Shown here: positions 26,301-36,242 of the stretch, one piece after another
How positions within the stretch are numbered: position 1 is the first letter of the stretch
Layout of the letters: the number at the start of each line of letters is the position of its first letter
Assembly (NCBI GenBank): GCA_030167865.1
Contig: JALAGF010004817.1
Span: 1-64,000, forward strand
Direction of reading: 5' to 3'
Length of the DNA: 64,000 nucleotides
From: Craspedostauros australis
Lineage: Eukaryota
The notes under the pieces: model-generated
Database searches by the model: none
The model's input: the letters and a program-made list of their open reading frames with translations, nothing else
Told to the model about the DNA's origin: nothing
Position numbers and translations under genes: made by a program

Positions 26301-27336
26301 AGATGAGTCGCAAAGGGCTGTCGTCCTCGTTGCGACTAAAGGGTGATTGAGAATCGAGGTGTCTGCGCTCATCGTACCCATTTGGAGTGTACGTCCCGCT
26401 GCCTCTGCTGTGATGGCTACTATTCCCATTTCCAAGGTTGTGGTTGTGGCTTTGATGGTGGCTGGGGCCGGGGCCGGGGCCATGCCCGTGGCCAATTCTG
26501 TCGTTGACAGCACCTCTCGCACCGCCTGGACCGTGGCTCTCGTTTCCAAACGCAGTATCTTCATCGGTCAAGTTGGGCAAGTCGCGAAAGTGCTGCCGGT
26601 CGACTTCCTCCATGGTCTCGGTGGTCTTCGACGTCAGTTGCGACCGCTCCCCCATCGACGAACTCCCGGTCACAGCCTGAGGAGTGAAACTTGTTTGCTG
26701 CTGCTTTTGCGGTGGTTGCGCTGCTGGCTGCGCGGAATATCGCGTCTCCCGCAGTATGGACCTTGTCGGACTGGAGTATCCCGTCGGGCCCGCAGAGTAG
26801 TTGTCCTGTCGTGGTTGCCCGTACATCTTTTGTTCAGGTGGAGTCTGCTGTTGCTGCTGCTGTTGCGCCTGTGTCATCATGAACAGCTGCGATGGGGTTT
26901 GAGTGTAAGCACTGATTCTGCTCCGCTGCATACTATCGCACTGCGAGAATTGAGAGTACTGCTGGGATTGGTTGGTTGGACTGGAGACGAGCTTTGCACT
27001 GTTGCCAATGTTGGATCCTCCTCCGTAGCTGTGCATGTTTTGGCTATTGTGGCTGATATGGCTGTTGATATGGCTTCCGTTGGCACCCATGCTGCCGTTG
27101 ATATTGACGTTGCCATGCTCGGCACCGCCATTCTCATCGTTGAAGCTCTTTGACGGGGCCGACAAACCAGAAAACACAGACGAATCTTCAGACTTCATGC
27201 TCTGGAGCGTCATTTCGTTATTCTCCTCCATCTCATGGCTTGTGGGCCCTCTCCCTTCTGTCATCGTCGATGGCCGCGCGGATGGACTCGGTGCCGGTTG
27301 CCTCGCCCCGTTCGGCATGTGCGTCGTCATTGTCAT
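20314..27336 (-). CDS. 2340-aa intronless protein with a central coiled coil and low-complexity disordered flanks
   Basis: Uninterrupted 7-kb ORF. E/K/L/R heptad-rich centre at about 24420-25880, with Q/S/H-rich ends. Confidence 0.85.
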   Translation of the reverse strand: MTMTTHMPNGARQPAPSPSARPSTMTEGRGPTSHEMEENNEMTLQSMKSEDSSVFSGLSAPSKSFNDENGGAEHGNVNINGSMGANGSHINSHISHNSQNMHSYGGGSNIGNSAKLVSSPTNQSQQYSQFSQCDSMQRSRISAYTQTPSQLFMMTQAQQQQQQQTPPEQKMYGQPRQDNYSAGPTGYSSPTRSILRETRYSAQPAAQPPQKQQQTSFTPQAVTGSSSMGERSQLTSKTTETMEEVDRQHFRDLPNLTDEDTAFGNESHGPGGARGAVNDRIGHGHGPGPGPSHHQSHNHNLGNGNSSHHSRGSGTYTPNGYDERRHLDSQSPFSRNEDDSPLRLISQVQVQQSASDSEGRIFDMLQAHEQMMNVSLDMIDEQEDRSSSASHILRGATSSSSSIRTPPRPGHPPTHPSSHSQSYTPGHSPHPPSHANHGYNHNQSRGQHHGHGDGSGHSNTYVEPYNADAPERARSLEDDHSFLTRQQAKHLELTLFRAREEVESLRDNNEQFMAEIEQTEEEHQSEMKLFENRTRQKLTELKSLYSTELDVIIREKDAAILEAGRQAAIFAERGRLQIQQLKQQLRQCKEESVSEMKDALNDAVRKTAEAVSARKDKEHTEQFKMLQEQYEEKMRNMKIEHKNKLKSGIQHAVETTTQRLRSDLEKEMAHTVPLLRERLEKEKNAALQSSSKQRLALNRSLDAARLRCDSQAAELDSMKITLELTKRKLMRHHEKRVENMWVEQKTAVGESAVRTGSKYMVQRSAEVPSSDCERLLNEILETHAFLLESTEVDMRLETTKGEAKCNAEREESESKQRELKEKLEMLETDHREEINYLNKKHEDAMGKLSRMESTLQRANYERADIEERHAQTISRLKREHQSSLDAAKDESLHSMDKNTQHFERTIANEKMDAKRNKAAAEEARSHIAQLEATIEALKREKVAMTGRHLEEVERLKEEQRINDQFTMSRKYAEEEQEVNDAVSMSSGHKHDPIILTTTGEGKRGSRATDSEQRPSDVNEIVDCEAPSKRESTHPRRQSDDCQRHDGRVAGRAMLHGDADEHKDEIQQWRERKSLSSSHPVGRTVDRSADGSADGTATTMMTTPMKTLPTGTHQSDSEETPNGPTDSPLKGYRWRSSMEKSSPLHGHSRLSRLRNMNTSRRYSSSSNKSTNSNHRRSSAGGSGNVQMHMIDETKSPSQRQSKPPTNTSPPEHHEVHRNDMRPSSETQYEERRQVESDQPREIAHSERQRHSRDSNSALTPSLPSPAKSREPNMRPARTAPVAEYETAQPIESEDTMHSNANEADAIDLKQTGSIDSIDSQRTSNSGASYNSQRSGHSAVSQSSRRSMCSRSSASTHATSETAHAEELANMKMMANNLKDGKASRSRKSRRSSLRPRHSLPSAGAKKSKDNKSDSRKPHDANGTSETDEPSSVGSASKVFKGLLPGLAGMMGAKFKGNSSKSRKSMLAMARGGTHDEDHGVTGNQTSNTIRSPVAERAQTALDSPSTNSRSLKQQPSQPLMNVSTINSTEDGTQVIPETSPSVKTMRAFFEDMAESNSPRKRGSMERMSMDSTSMSSLKTDSGVMSPRSKMAMVMAAQRGEAVGDVASPNNRQHGDRIFAAPTDEGRHGHDDKERGGALASSHRQQQEYQQTTANRTNGNQSSGTGRISSSNNNASAAGDNKRSKLRGRKASFGIFSQIRRNRKLKGESDQPRDDESDVSSAIGGNRTTPRQFRQGLHARFESGSEKNAIGNTADDGNDIGGKQQQAHYDGSAQPQANPASELTSEHGAASLDDPAQIQREGATWTLKLKKKSCPPDSKLHAIDYDDTSEVGAAGLHGSEPGVLNLALQQQQQRQQQHMAEQGQQRGGAIGCGNGMSSSKLDSAEDSAAHGMPVDEETAEQEHPTPGIHVINGKKAPLPRRQPPGYLTSLSQPNPPRDEIFDSRSEIGAHTGLGSQSESGSGATSSISEKSTSFRAAKNTIAGDGGDQNHNQHQQRLQQQHQHDQHSNKYNVLGRLKSRNAKLNRSGINDDSMDTEDESRDDVSETPLIQQSAMINRSGDSGYADVYQTQSEMRDQEGYPSLGDQSDDDGDDGDDRRRDSGIEEDEDERDTSNSDKMVYSTSEVDSDDHDRYATFEPVQFSDSVQAGYGGGNQHIPVVVSRSAESPIMYMDSQRHDGIGEGPGRSLQHSVGTGSVNSTSGSSGFLRRQSEFSAFQAPTSSSSTPPSPALILPAGQEQLMGGETSSSSVSQAETEVTAHTARTTQKTLMSVAANLKQDRVSAHARHALDPRRLPPSSSSASSMMQHRPQNKGLPPMSASPNRRPLAFGFRPRRNRPSLGKSSE

Positions 27337-28396
27337 GGTGATGACCTCTGATCTGCCTTTTCTTATTGTTTTCCCAGAGGCCCCTGATCCTGCTCATGCT
27401 CTTGCTGATCGTGCCAATGATGGTGTCAATGATGATGGGTATGAAGCTGGAAACCGAATGTCGACGGATGTTGCGTTCGAAGCGACGCTGCCGGAGCGCA
27501 ACAGAGGAAGAACCGCACAGGTTGGGGAAGTTGATGTCTGGTTGAAGACAAAAACGGTAAAATTCAAGAGACGACCGTTTGTCGCCAAAAGACTGTACAC
27601 CGAACAACGACACTATTGCACATAAAATTGTCGTTGTTGAACATAGGTATCACATTCAGATCTGAATATATTATAAATTAAAATATAACGCTATTATAAC
27701 CGATAGAAGAACAAGGAGCGTTTTGTCCCAATGAACAATTTGTGGTCACAAAATCATCAGTTGGTCTTGTCTTGACGCAAAGAACCGAAAGTGTGGTATT
27801 CTCTCCAAAGAGAAAAGATGCAATCGCAGCTGCGAGCAGACCCCATCAACCGAGGCACAACTCATGGTCATGGTGTTTCCCGAGGCTGCAGGCATAGCGC
27901 GAAGGGTATGACGAAGTGTAGCCCACCTGTAGAGTTGTGTCTGTCTTTTTTGTTTGGAGTAGCTCTTAAATACTGCAATCAATGTGCGTACGTACTCTTC
28001 TGGATTGTCCGTTAATCGTCGCATAGGATTATATCTTTGGGAGACGGAGAACAGGAGACGCAGCGACGCACTCCGCGGGGAGTGTGGTGGTGCTGCAGTG
28101 GCGATGGTTTTCGGCTGTCGTTGTGGAACAGTCATGTAGAGCAGGAGAGGGCTGCGATGAATGCACCGACATATGTCATACCATGCCATGCCATGCTTAA
28201 ATCACGTCTGAACTCCGTATAGCAAGTACAGACGAAGAAAAGAAGGATCGATGCATGCGCGGTATCGCCTTGCATGATGCTGCTTCGAATGTTCACGATT
28301 GCACTTATTGCTATCGAGTACTGCGTTTAAATTTGCGTCGATGGCACACGTAATCAGTTCTTGGTGGTTTTGGAATATCCTGCCAAGCAACATGCA

Positions 28397-30568
28397 TCAG
28401 TTTGCAGTCCCATGGAGCAGATGCCACAGAAGGATGCCTCCGGTTACGCTGACATTCAACGAATCGACTCCAGCATCGCCAGCCTCCGTGTCCATTTCTG
28501 CACCGCCGGGAATGCGCACAAACTCCGTGCAAGATTTTGCCACCAAGGAGCGGAGCCCATGTCCCTCCGAACCCAGCACGAGGAGGATGGGACGTTCATC
28601 GCGATTTGTGGGGAGGTTGTTGAGTTCGTACAGCATAGGTGCATCTTCGTCGTCGTTGTTGGTCTTCGGGATGGATGATGAGGCACCGACGATCCGGAAT
28701 CCATCTGTCCTGGCCTGATTCAGTGTTCGAGGGAGACTCGAAGTGCTATGGATGGTGGCCAGCTCCAATGCGCCTGCGCTTGCGGCGCTCACGACTGGCG
28801 ATGGTGGCGCTGAATTCTTGGAACAAACCATGATTCCGACGTTGCTGTCTCCGCCCAAAAAGAATGCCGATCTCAAAAGCGCTCCAAGGTTCTGTGGATC
28901 CACCACTTCGTCCAGAACCAGCCACAACGATGGTGATGATGGATCGTCATGAGGGTGCGGGATCTTGGATATTGTTTCGAACGACAGCTTGCCACATCTC
29001 AGAACGTATCCCTGCACATTCAATTGTGTTTTTGAATGACAGCAAAAGAGTGCATCGATTGAGCCATACGTACATTCATTATGGGCAAAAGGATGGCATT
29101 GTCGGCAAGAAAGTTGATGAGTCAGTGAATGGCATGTAACGCAGGAAACTGGCATGAGTTCATACAACATAGGTGCATCTTCATCATCATTGTCGTCGTC
29201 GTCGTCGCCATGAATATGATCACGATTCCAACAACGAGGAGAGAAACAGGAAACGCAACACATCCATTCTCTGTCCATGTCCGGGTTGATTTCATTCAAA
29301 GTACATATGTAACGTATAACGAACAACAGCAGATCATTCCCACTATCGATGCCAATGTCAATGCCAAAGCAACTGCCATCCTCGTCTTCGTCTTCGCGTT
29401 CACGTTCACCATGTCATCATCACATGGTATCACACATACGCACTTGATGTGGGCGGTTGCCGCTCAAGGTGTTAAGAACACCCTTGTCAACCGTCGTGGT
29501 TGGGATGCCGTGCGTTTCAGCAAGTTGAATGACGCGTTGTGCAGACGTCGCTTTGGTTCCTGCACGGCCAGCGCTTGAGGTTCGTTCTTGAATGAACAGC
29601 CACGGCTTCGTCTGCGCCTCTGGTTTCAGCGGCCCTCTCTCGTCGCGTTGACCGTCTCCATCACCATCCTCACCGTCATCGGCGTCGTCGTCGTCGAACC
29701 ACAAATCACTGTCAGTCTCACTTTCACTTTCACCTCCATCGGTTGATGTTGGATCCTTGAAATCCCGAACATTGGCTTCCAACGCATTCAGAATCGAGGA
29801 CAATCCATACAGGTGCACGTATCCAGCCGCCTCGATTTTCTTCATGTTGATTTGTCCACCTTGCTTCTTGGGCTTATCGCCGAAGCTGTTGTTGCCGCCG
29901 GCCCTGCCTCTTGCCGCGTTTCCATCGCGTCTATCGCCGTAGTTGTCGTTGTTTCGGCCTGGTCTGCCGCGATTATCACCGTACCGATCCCTCCTGTTTC
30001 TGTCATTGTAGGAGGAGGACGATGACGGTGGTCCCCGATCACGGGTTGGACGTGAGACACGTCGTTGTGGTCGCGATGACGATGACGATCGTCGCCGGGG
30101 GTCATTGCTGTTGGATGAAGACGACGATGATGAGTCAAAACCATCCCATCCACCAACATTCTGATTGTCATCGTATCCACCGAAGGAATCGTTGCCATTC
30201 TCATCATCGTCGTATCTACCCCATCCGCCGCCACCGCGATTGCTTCTACCACCCGATGGTGGCGATCTGGTATTGGAAGAACGGCGCGAACGCGGGCTTA
30301 TCCTTCTGCCGTACTCATCCGTCTCCACATTGCGATAGGTGCGAACGGCTCCGTATGTCACCGGCGATCCAACATCCCGATGAAACGGTGTCATCTGATG
30401 AAGGCTTGGGATTCGATTCGACAATTGCGGCTGTCGTCTCAGCAACGCCATCGACGAGGAGGATCGTTGCACCGCTCGGAATCCATGAACGAACGACATC
30501 ATTTGCGACATCGTAAGGCTTGCAAGCACGATGATGGCCAGTGAACTTGCAACAATTGAACGTCTCAT
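28397..30568 (-). CDS. TrmH/SpoU-family RNA 2'-O-methyltransferase (RlmB/MRM1-like), probably plastid-targeted; exons 30568-29444 and 29011-28397
   Basis: SPOUT motifs LDEVVDPQNLGALLRSA, LVLGSEGHGL and VDSLNVSV. Splicing restores RPHQ|GYVL. N-terminal signal peptide ends in VHG-F. Confidence 0.9.
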
Positions 30569-31047
30569 GACAATGCGATGCTGGATATCCAGGTCTCCAG
30601 ACTACTTTTTGTGCTAACGTGCGCTCTGCTCGTAAGTGACCGTGCAAATGTAGAGTACTGCAGATGCAAACTGAAAGGAACTGTATGGGATCCGTGGGTT
30701 GGGGAAGTTCTGCTCCTGTGGTTGGGCTTCCCTGCGTGGGTCCCTCCCTATCTTTTCTTTTTGTTTGTTGATGGGTTGATGTGATGGATGTTCTGCGACA
30801 ATTTTGGTTGGCTTCTGTCACTAGGGATTCGACAACATGGAATACAACAATATGAATCACGGATACGGATCACAATTTCAAAATCCGAAACATGGCGTCT
30901 CTCCCTTGGTGTTTTGAGTGCATCAAGCGACATGATCGTGGTTCTGACGTGCTCGGCCGAAGACAAGACAACGCAAGGCAGAGAGAGAGAAACAGGGATG
31001 GGTACATATAATCTGTCCTGTTCAATTCGAAGTTACAATTCGCAACA

Positions 31048-33501
31048 ATGGGAGCCATGGAGGATAACCAGGCGGCACGCAGACGCCGCAACCTTTCCGT
31101 CGTGGAAGGCAAGGCCGAAAGTCCCCAGCGTCGGCCTCATCAATCTCGAGACATGGCTGATTGGGAACGAAGACGCTCCCAGGAACATCATGAACAGGAT
31201 CGGGATCCGCAACGACATAGTCGTCGGCGGCGGCGTCGACGACGTCGGTACGCGGACGACGAAGAGGAGCCATTCTGGAGGCTCTTCATGCGCGTGGGAG
31301 CTGTGGTCTTCTCCACGTTCTTCATCTTACTGCAATTGTACAGATGGGGATTTTCGAGCAACGCGGATGATGGTGGATCCATGTACAACGATGACAACAC
31401 TGCAAGGGCGGATGGTGATTCGGAGTCCCTTCTGAGCAGGGAGATCAACGCCATTTTTTCTTCTTCGGCGGCCAGCGCGCCTGCAGCCGCAGATCCACCA
31501 GCGAAGACTGATGACGACGATGATACGGTTGCGCGGAAATTCAGGGAAGAGGCGGAGAAGTTCCGCAAGGACCAACTAGCAAAGAACAAGACCGCACCGC
31601 CGATGCCAACATTTGCATTGTCGGACACATCCAAGTACGACGTGTTCGGCATAGTCGAGATGTTGCGGCATGGCAGAAATCATAGCACGAGTAGTACAGA
31701 CGACGCCGATACAATCGTTGCTTTCTTGCGGACTGTCGAAACGATGATGTCAAACTTTTCGAACACGTACGGTGGAGAGAATGCCGTGAGGATGATGCTG
31801 GACAAGGGCCTATCCACGTTTCCGAATGAGATCGGGGCAGATGGTGTGCCGTCGGATATTGCATCCACGGCTTGCCGGTACCTCAAGGCAAGCGAGGAAG
31901 ACCGTCCGTTCCACATGGCATTTGCGGGGTATTCGGTAACGGCGGGGCGTGGCAACTACTTCAACCAATCGTTTCCATTCGCCATGCAGCGTTTGCTGGA
32001 AGCTCCGTTCCGGATTGCCGGTCTTCAGCTCGATGTTCGCAACGCTGCGATTGGTGGGTGCCCGGCATTTCCGTACGGATGGTGTCTGACAAACTTTCTG
32101 GGCGAGAAACCGGATGTTATCAGCTGGGACTATGCGATGAATGAAGCCGGCGGCGTGCCGGAGGGTCTCGAGGCCTACGTTCGACACGCGCTCACATCAT
32201 TCCATGGTATACCGCCGCCCAAATTGATTGTGAAGGATACCTACATGGCGGTGCAGAGGCAGCAGGTGCTGCGGCATTACGTGCGACAAGGGGAGTTGCT
32301 GGATCCAGTCGTCCTTCATTCCGATCCGGCCGCACGGCCGATGCTGGAGCGGGAAGAAGCCTACAGGCCGGTTGGATTTCAACAATGGCGCAAATTCGGA
32401 GCCAGGCTGACTGCGCCAGGTCAGGCGCTGCATCACCCGGCTGTGAAGGAGCATGACTTTCTAGCCTGGTTGCTCTCCATGCACTTTGTGGAAGCGCTGG
32501 CTGTGTTCGTGTATCGTAGATCTGATGCGGACTGGAGAGCACAATGCCATGAGAAGCTTCAGAAATTGACGACGGACGAACTGATACCGCCCGTGTCCAA
32601 CATCATCACGAATGCAACAGGGAGCAACTATCCATCGCAGCTTTTCGGATCACCGATTACGAAAGGCAAGAATGGTAACGACAGTCGCAAAGGAGGATTT
32701 AAATGGCGCATGAATTCCATGCAATGCCGAACGTCATTCGTTCCGCTCCTCTCCGGCAATCTCACATCCAATGCCATTGCAGGCACGGTGGGGGAAGACA
32801 TCGATCTGCTGTATCCCAAGTCGCAAATGTTCTACAATGACGGCTGGACGTACGACCTTTCGGAAAGCGAGAAAGGCGCCAAGAAGCGATTGTCAACATA
32901 CGACCACGGCCTTGGTTTCATCGATGGCAAACAGGCGTACTATGGCATACTGCAATCGGGCACCATGAGCATCTGGCTCCCGTACGAGCACAATCAACAG
33001 GCAAAAGGTGTCGATGGAACGAGGATGCCCCCTGTTGGAGATCCGGCGGTGGATTGGTTCTCATCCATCCTCGTCTGCCAGGTGAATGAAAAACGCGACT
33101 ACGGCGAATGCAAGGCTGAAGCTGATCTATCATACAAAGTTGATGGAGCAAACGTGACCACGACATCTCGCATGAGTGACGCCGGTACTCTCTTCTTGGG
33201 CAAGAAACTGTGTACCGTGCTTACCATACCACCCACAGCCAAAATCACCACTCGCAGACAAGCCGAAGTGGACGTCGAACAGCGGCGTAGTTCGGAACAT
33301 CATCCCAACAACAACATCCATAACAAGCACCACGGTGGCGTGTTGCCAGCATGGCAGCATGCCGAAGACTCCGCCATGCAAAATCCCAATGAGGTTGGAA
33401 TCGTGCTGGATGTGTACGTCAACAATCGCGTGATCGTGCACGTCCACCAGGCATGTTCCGTATCACACGTCCTTTGGGAACAGCTGAGACCGAAATCCTG
33501 A
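31048..33501 (+). CDS. SGNH/GDSL-like hydrolase-fold type II membrane protein, paralogue B
   Basis: N-terminal TM helix, then blocks FAGYSVTAG, IGG, WDYAMNE and LHHP. C-terminal CSVSHVLWEQ matches paralogue A (CCLSHIVWEQ). Confidence 0.8.
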   Translation: MGAMEDNQAARRRRNLSVVEGKAESPQRRPHQSRDMADWERRRSQEHHEQDRDPQRHSRRRRRRRRRYADDEEEPFWRLFMRVGAVVFSTFFILLQLYRWGFSSNADDGGSMYNDDNTARADGDSESLLSREINAIFSSSAASAPAAADPPAKTDDDDDTVARKFREEAEKFRKDQLAKNKTAPPMPTFALSDTSKYDVFGIVEMLRHGRNHSTSSTDDADTIVAFLRTVETMMSNFSNTYGGENAVRMMLDKGLSTFPNEIGADGVPSDIASTACRYLKASEEDRPFHMAFAGYSVTAGRGNYFNQSFPFAMQRLLEAPFRIAGLQLDVRNAAIGGCPAFPYGWCLTNFLGEKPDVISWDYAMNEAGGVPEGLEAYVRHALTSFHGIPPPKLIVKDTYMAVQRQQVLRHYVRQGELLDPVVLHSDPAARPMLEREEAYRPVGFQQWRKFGARLTAPGQALHHPAVKEHDFLAWLLSMHFVEALAVFVYRRSDADWRAQCHEKLQKLTTDELIPPVSNIITNATGSNYPSQLFGSPITKGKNGNDSRKGGFKWRMNSMQCRTSFVPLLSGNLTSNAIAGTVGEDIDLLYPKSQMFYNDGWTYDLSESEKGAKKRLSTYDHGLGFIDGKQAYYGILQSGTMSIWLPYEHNQQAKGVDGTRMPPVGDPAVDWFSSILVCQVNEKRDYGECKAEADLSYKVDGANVTTTSRMSDAGTLFLGKKLCTVLTIPPTAKITTRRQAEVDVEQRRSSEHHPNNNIHNKHHGGVLPAWQHAEDSAMQNPNEVGIVLDVYVNNRVIVHVHQACSVSHVLWEQLRPKS

Positions 33502-33735
33502 ATCGTCATGTCGCGGAGCAATCCAGGTATTGCGTACGAGCTACGCACCCGTAGAATGGTGGAGCGTTTCGCTCATTCTTCATCTCCGTTGCAGTCGTAT
33601 AGAATAGAGCAGACTGTGAGAGCGAACACTATTATCATTGTTTTTTTTCATTACTCTGCAATGATGTACAATATGATTCTTGCGAACAATAGCATTGTAC
33701 GAGTAATCGTGCTACTGTGAATGTTCATGTTAATG

Positions 33736-35357
33736 TTACAGCTTGTCGTTGCCTTGTTCATCTGCCTTTTCCTTGGCGTACAGAATGGCTCGGCTGATGA
33801 GTGGCGCGACGACTGTGCCAGCTGCCAGCAAAGGCATACCTGTGACCGTTGCAGCACCTACGTGAGAGGTATGCGAGAGCGAAGTGGAAACTTGGATAGA
33901 GCAGCGAAACGAAGCAGAGTGAGCAAGGTACATGAGTTGAAATGAAAGCACGTCGAGCAGAGTTTATGACAATGCAGCAGCACAGGGAAGACAGAGCAAC
34001 AATCAAATCATGAGTGATGATAGCATGGCACAACAACGCAAACCATCAACGACGCACCGATGGAAGCCACCGTAACGACGGCCGTGACGGCATCCGCAGT
34101 CTTCTCTTCGTCTTCGTCCAATACTGGGATGTTGTTGAAATTGAGTAGATCGACAATGGATTCGGCGGCATTTTGCTTGCTCTCTTCGTACTTCTGAGCG
34201 ATGATGTCATACTTCCGCGAGATATTTTCCTCGTCCTCCTTCATTGCGGCGTTCAGTGTGAAGGGAATGTCAAGATCTTCTGGAATGGTGGCGCGACTGG
34301 CAGCACCGTTGGCCAGCGTCTTCGTGGACGTCATCGCTCCTGCTGTTGTTGTTGGCACAGACGTGACGACTGTCGCCGTTGGCTGGGTCGTCCCTGCTTT
34401 GGAGCCCTGCGATGCACGAGTGGTAGAGACAACCGCATCGCCACTGTCGATAGTCTCCACCTGATCATCATCATCAGCAGCATCATCTGTATCATCATCC
34501 TCGCCTGGCACAAATCGGTCGTTCACAATGGGCAATCCTGCAAAGATGTCTTCGACGGAGTAGGATCGTCGTTCCAATTCTGACGCGAGGATCTGGACGT
34601 TGGACCTCCACTGATCCAAACTATCGGCACTTCCCTTGTGGGTGTCGTACCCATCCAGCATCAGCTGGTCCAGACTTTGTGCCAGCTGCGCGATCGTTAG
34701 GTCGCCGAGTGGTGTGATGTCAGTGTCGTCATTGGCGGCGACATCATCGTTGTCAATATCCTTGTCATTGACGTTTGCTTCAGCCTCCACGTCATGTTTG
34801 GCCGGAGGTGGCACGGTCGAAATTGGTGCATCGGAAGCGTCGGAACTTGAAATCTGCTTCGATTGCTGTTCCTTGATTTGCAACTTGATGGCATGGAACG
34901 GATCCTGCATGGAGACTCTGACCGATGCCAACGCCGAGTGCTCCGCTGCCGTCGCATTCTCGTAGATGGACTGATAATGCAAGTAGAGAACGAGATCTTC
35001 CACGACCTTCATGACCTGACGTTCCATCGGTGTGATGATCTTGGGATCGGTGTGGTTGGATGCAAAGAGCAACATGGCTTCGTCGAGAAGTGCTTTCAAT
35101 TCTACCGGTATCTTTCCACTCTTGGCATCGAGCACAATTTGGCCTTGCGGTTGCTGCAGCCGATCCTGATTGACTGAGGCCACGAAGTGTCGGGTTGATG
35201 GTTTCGTTGGAGGCTTGGTTTGCGTGTACGGAATGGAGGGCATGAATGATGATGAGAGAGTTGCCTCATTGAGGATGATCGCCAGGAACAGCAAGGGTCC
35301 CATCACCATCATTGCCATCATCGTCATGATCATTCCGCCTGCTTTCCTCATCCTCAT
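33736..35357 (-). CDS. Hypothetical protein with a bipartite plastid-type presequence and a C-terminal hydrophobic anchor; exons 35357-34058 and 33857-33736
   Basis: Hydrophobic signal region ends in LSSS-F and is followed by a basic S/T/P-rich stretch. A phase-1 GTGCGT..CGTAG intron joins VTVASIG to AATVTGMPLLAAGTVVAPLI. Confidence 0.65.
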
Positions 35358-35761
35358 GCTCTTGTGCGTGTACGGATTTGTGTCGTTCGTACCCGTCAAG
35401 AGTACGATTGCAACTGAGTGATTGTCTCGGTGTTGAGCTTCTCTTGGCGTCTCTTGTTGTTGGTGGGCGATGTTGTGAATGGACGAGATGTCCGAGCACG
35501 AGCAGAGCACGGACTCAATGACATTGGAGTGGATAGTCGTACCACACTACTATACTATGACCATCCACAAGGAGAGGACCCCTGGACTGCTCTGGTTGCG
35601 TACCCACACACCCACTCCTTCACACAAACTGTTCGATGAAGATCCTTTCGGTGTTCGGATGTCCGCAACTGTGCACGTTGCTATCACGCGCCCGCAAGCG
35701 TTCTGTGGCACATGTTTGATGTGGGAGATGATGTGAATGGAGGGTTGGGGCGTGGTTCTCT

Positions 35762-35771
35762 GTGACGTCAC
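35762..35771. promoter_or_regulatory. Palindromic bZIP-type site GTGACGTCAC in a divergent promoter
   Basis: TGACGTCA core lies between the divergently transcribed genes starting at 35357 and 36243. This is a motif match only. Confidence 0.25.
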
Positions 35772-36242
35772 GAACGAACCGTGAGACACTACGACTCGAC
35801 AGACTCTAGAGAAGAGAAGAGAATGGAAGAAGCACAAGAACCAAACCTTGTAATGACCACAACCACAACACGAAATGACAAAATGGCAGCGCCGAAGCCA
35901 AACGCAACGGTCACCATCGCACACGAACCAAGGCAAGTTCGCAACACAAGGTGGCGACACAATGCGGCGTAACACACGAAATGATCGTGACCAGCAATTG
36001 CGCCAACAACAACAGATCGCGTGGTGGTACTTGTGCAGCAATATGCAACACTGCATAACGCACAAATCCAAACGCATCTCTCTCTCTGCAGATTCCTGTA
36101 CCATCTTCATATTCTAGTCATATACCCACCGCTTGCCTCCAAGAGCGCTAGCATTCTGGGAAAGGACAGGCATTCCACACAGAATCACTTGATTTGCATT
36201 GCAAGGAGGCTTTCTGCTCATCCACGTCGCAACGTTGCAACC

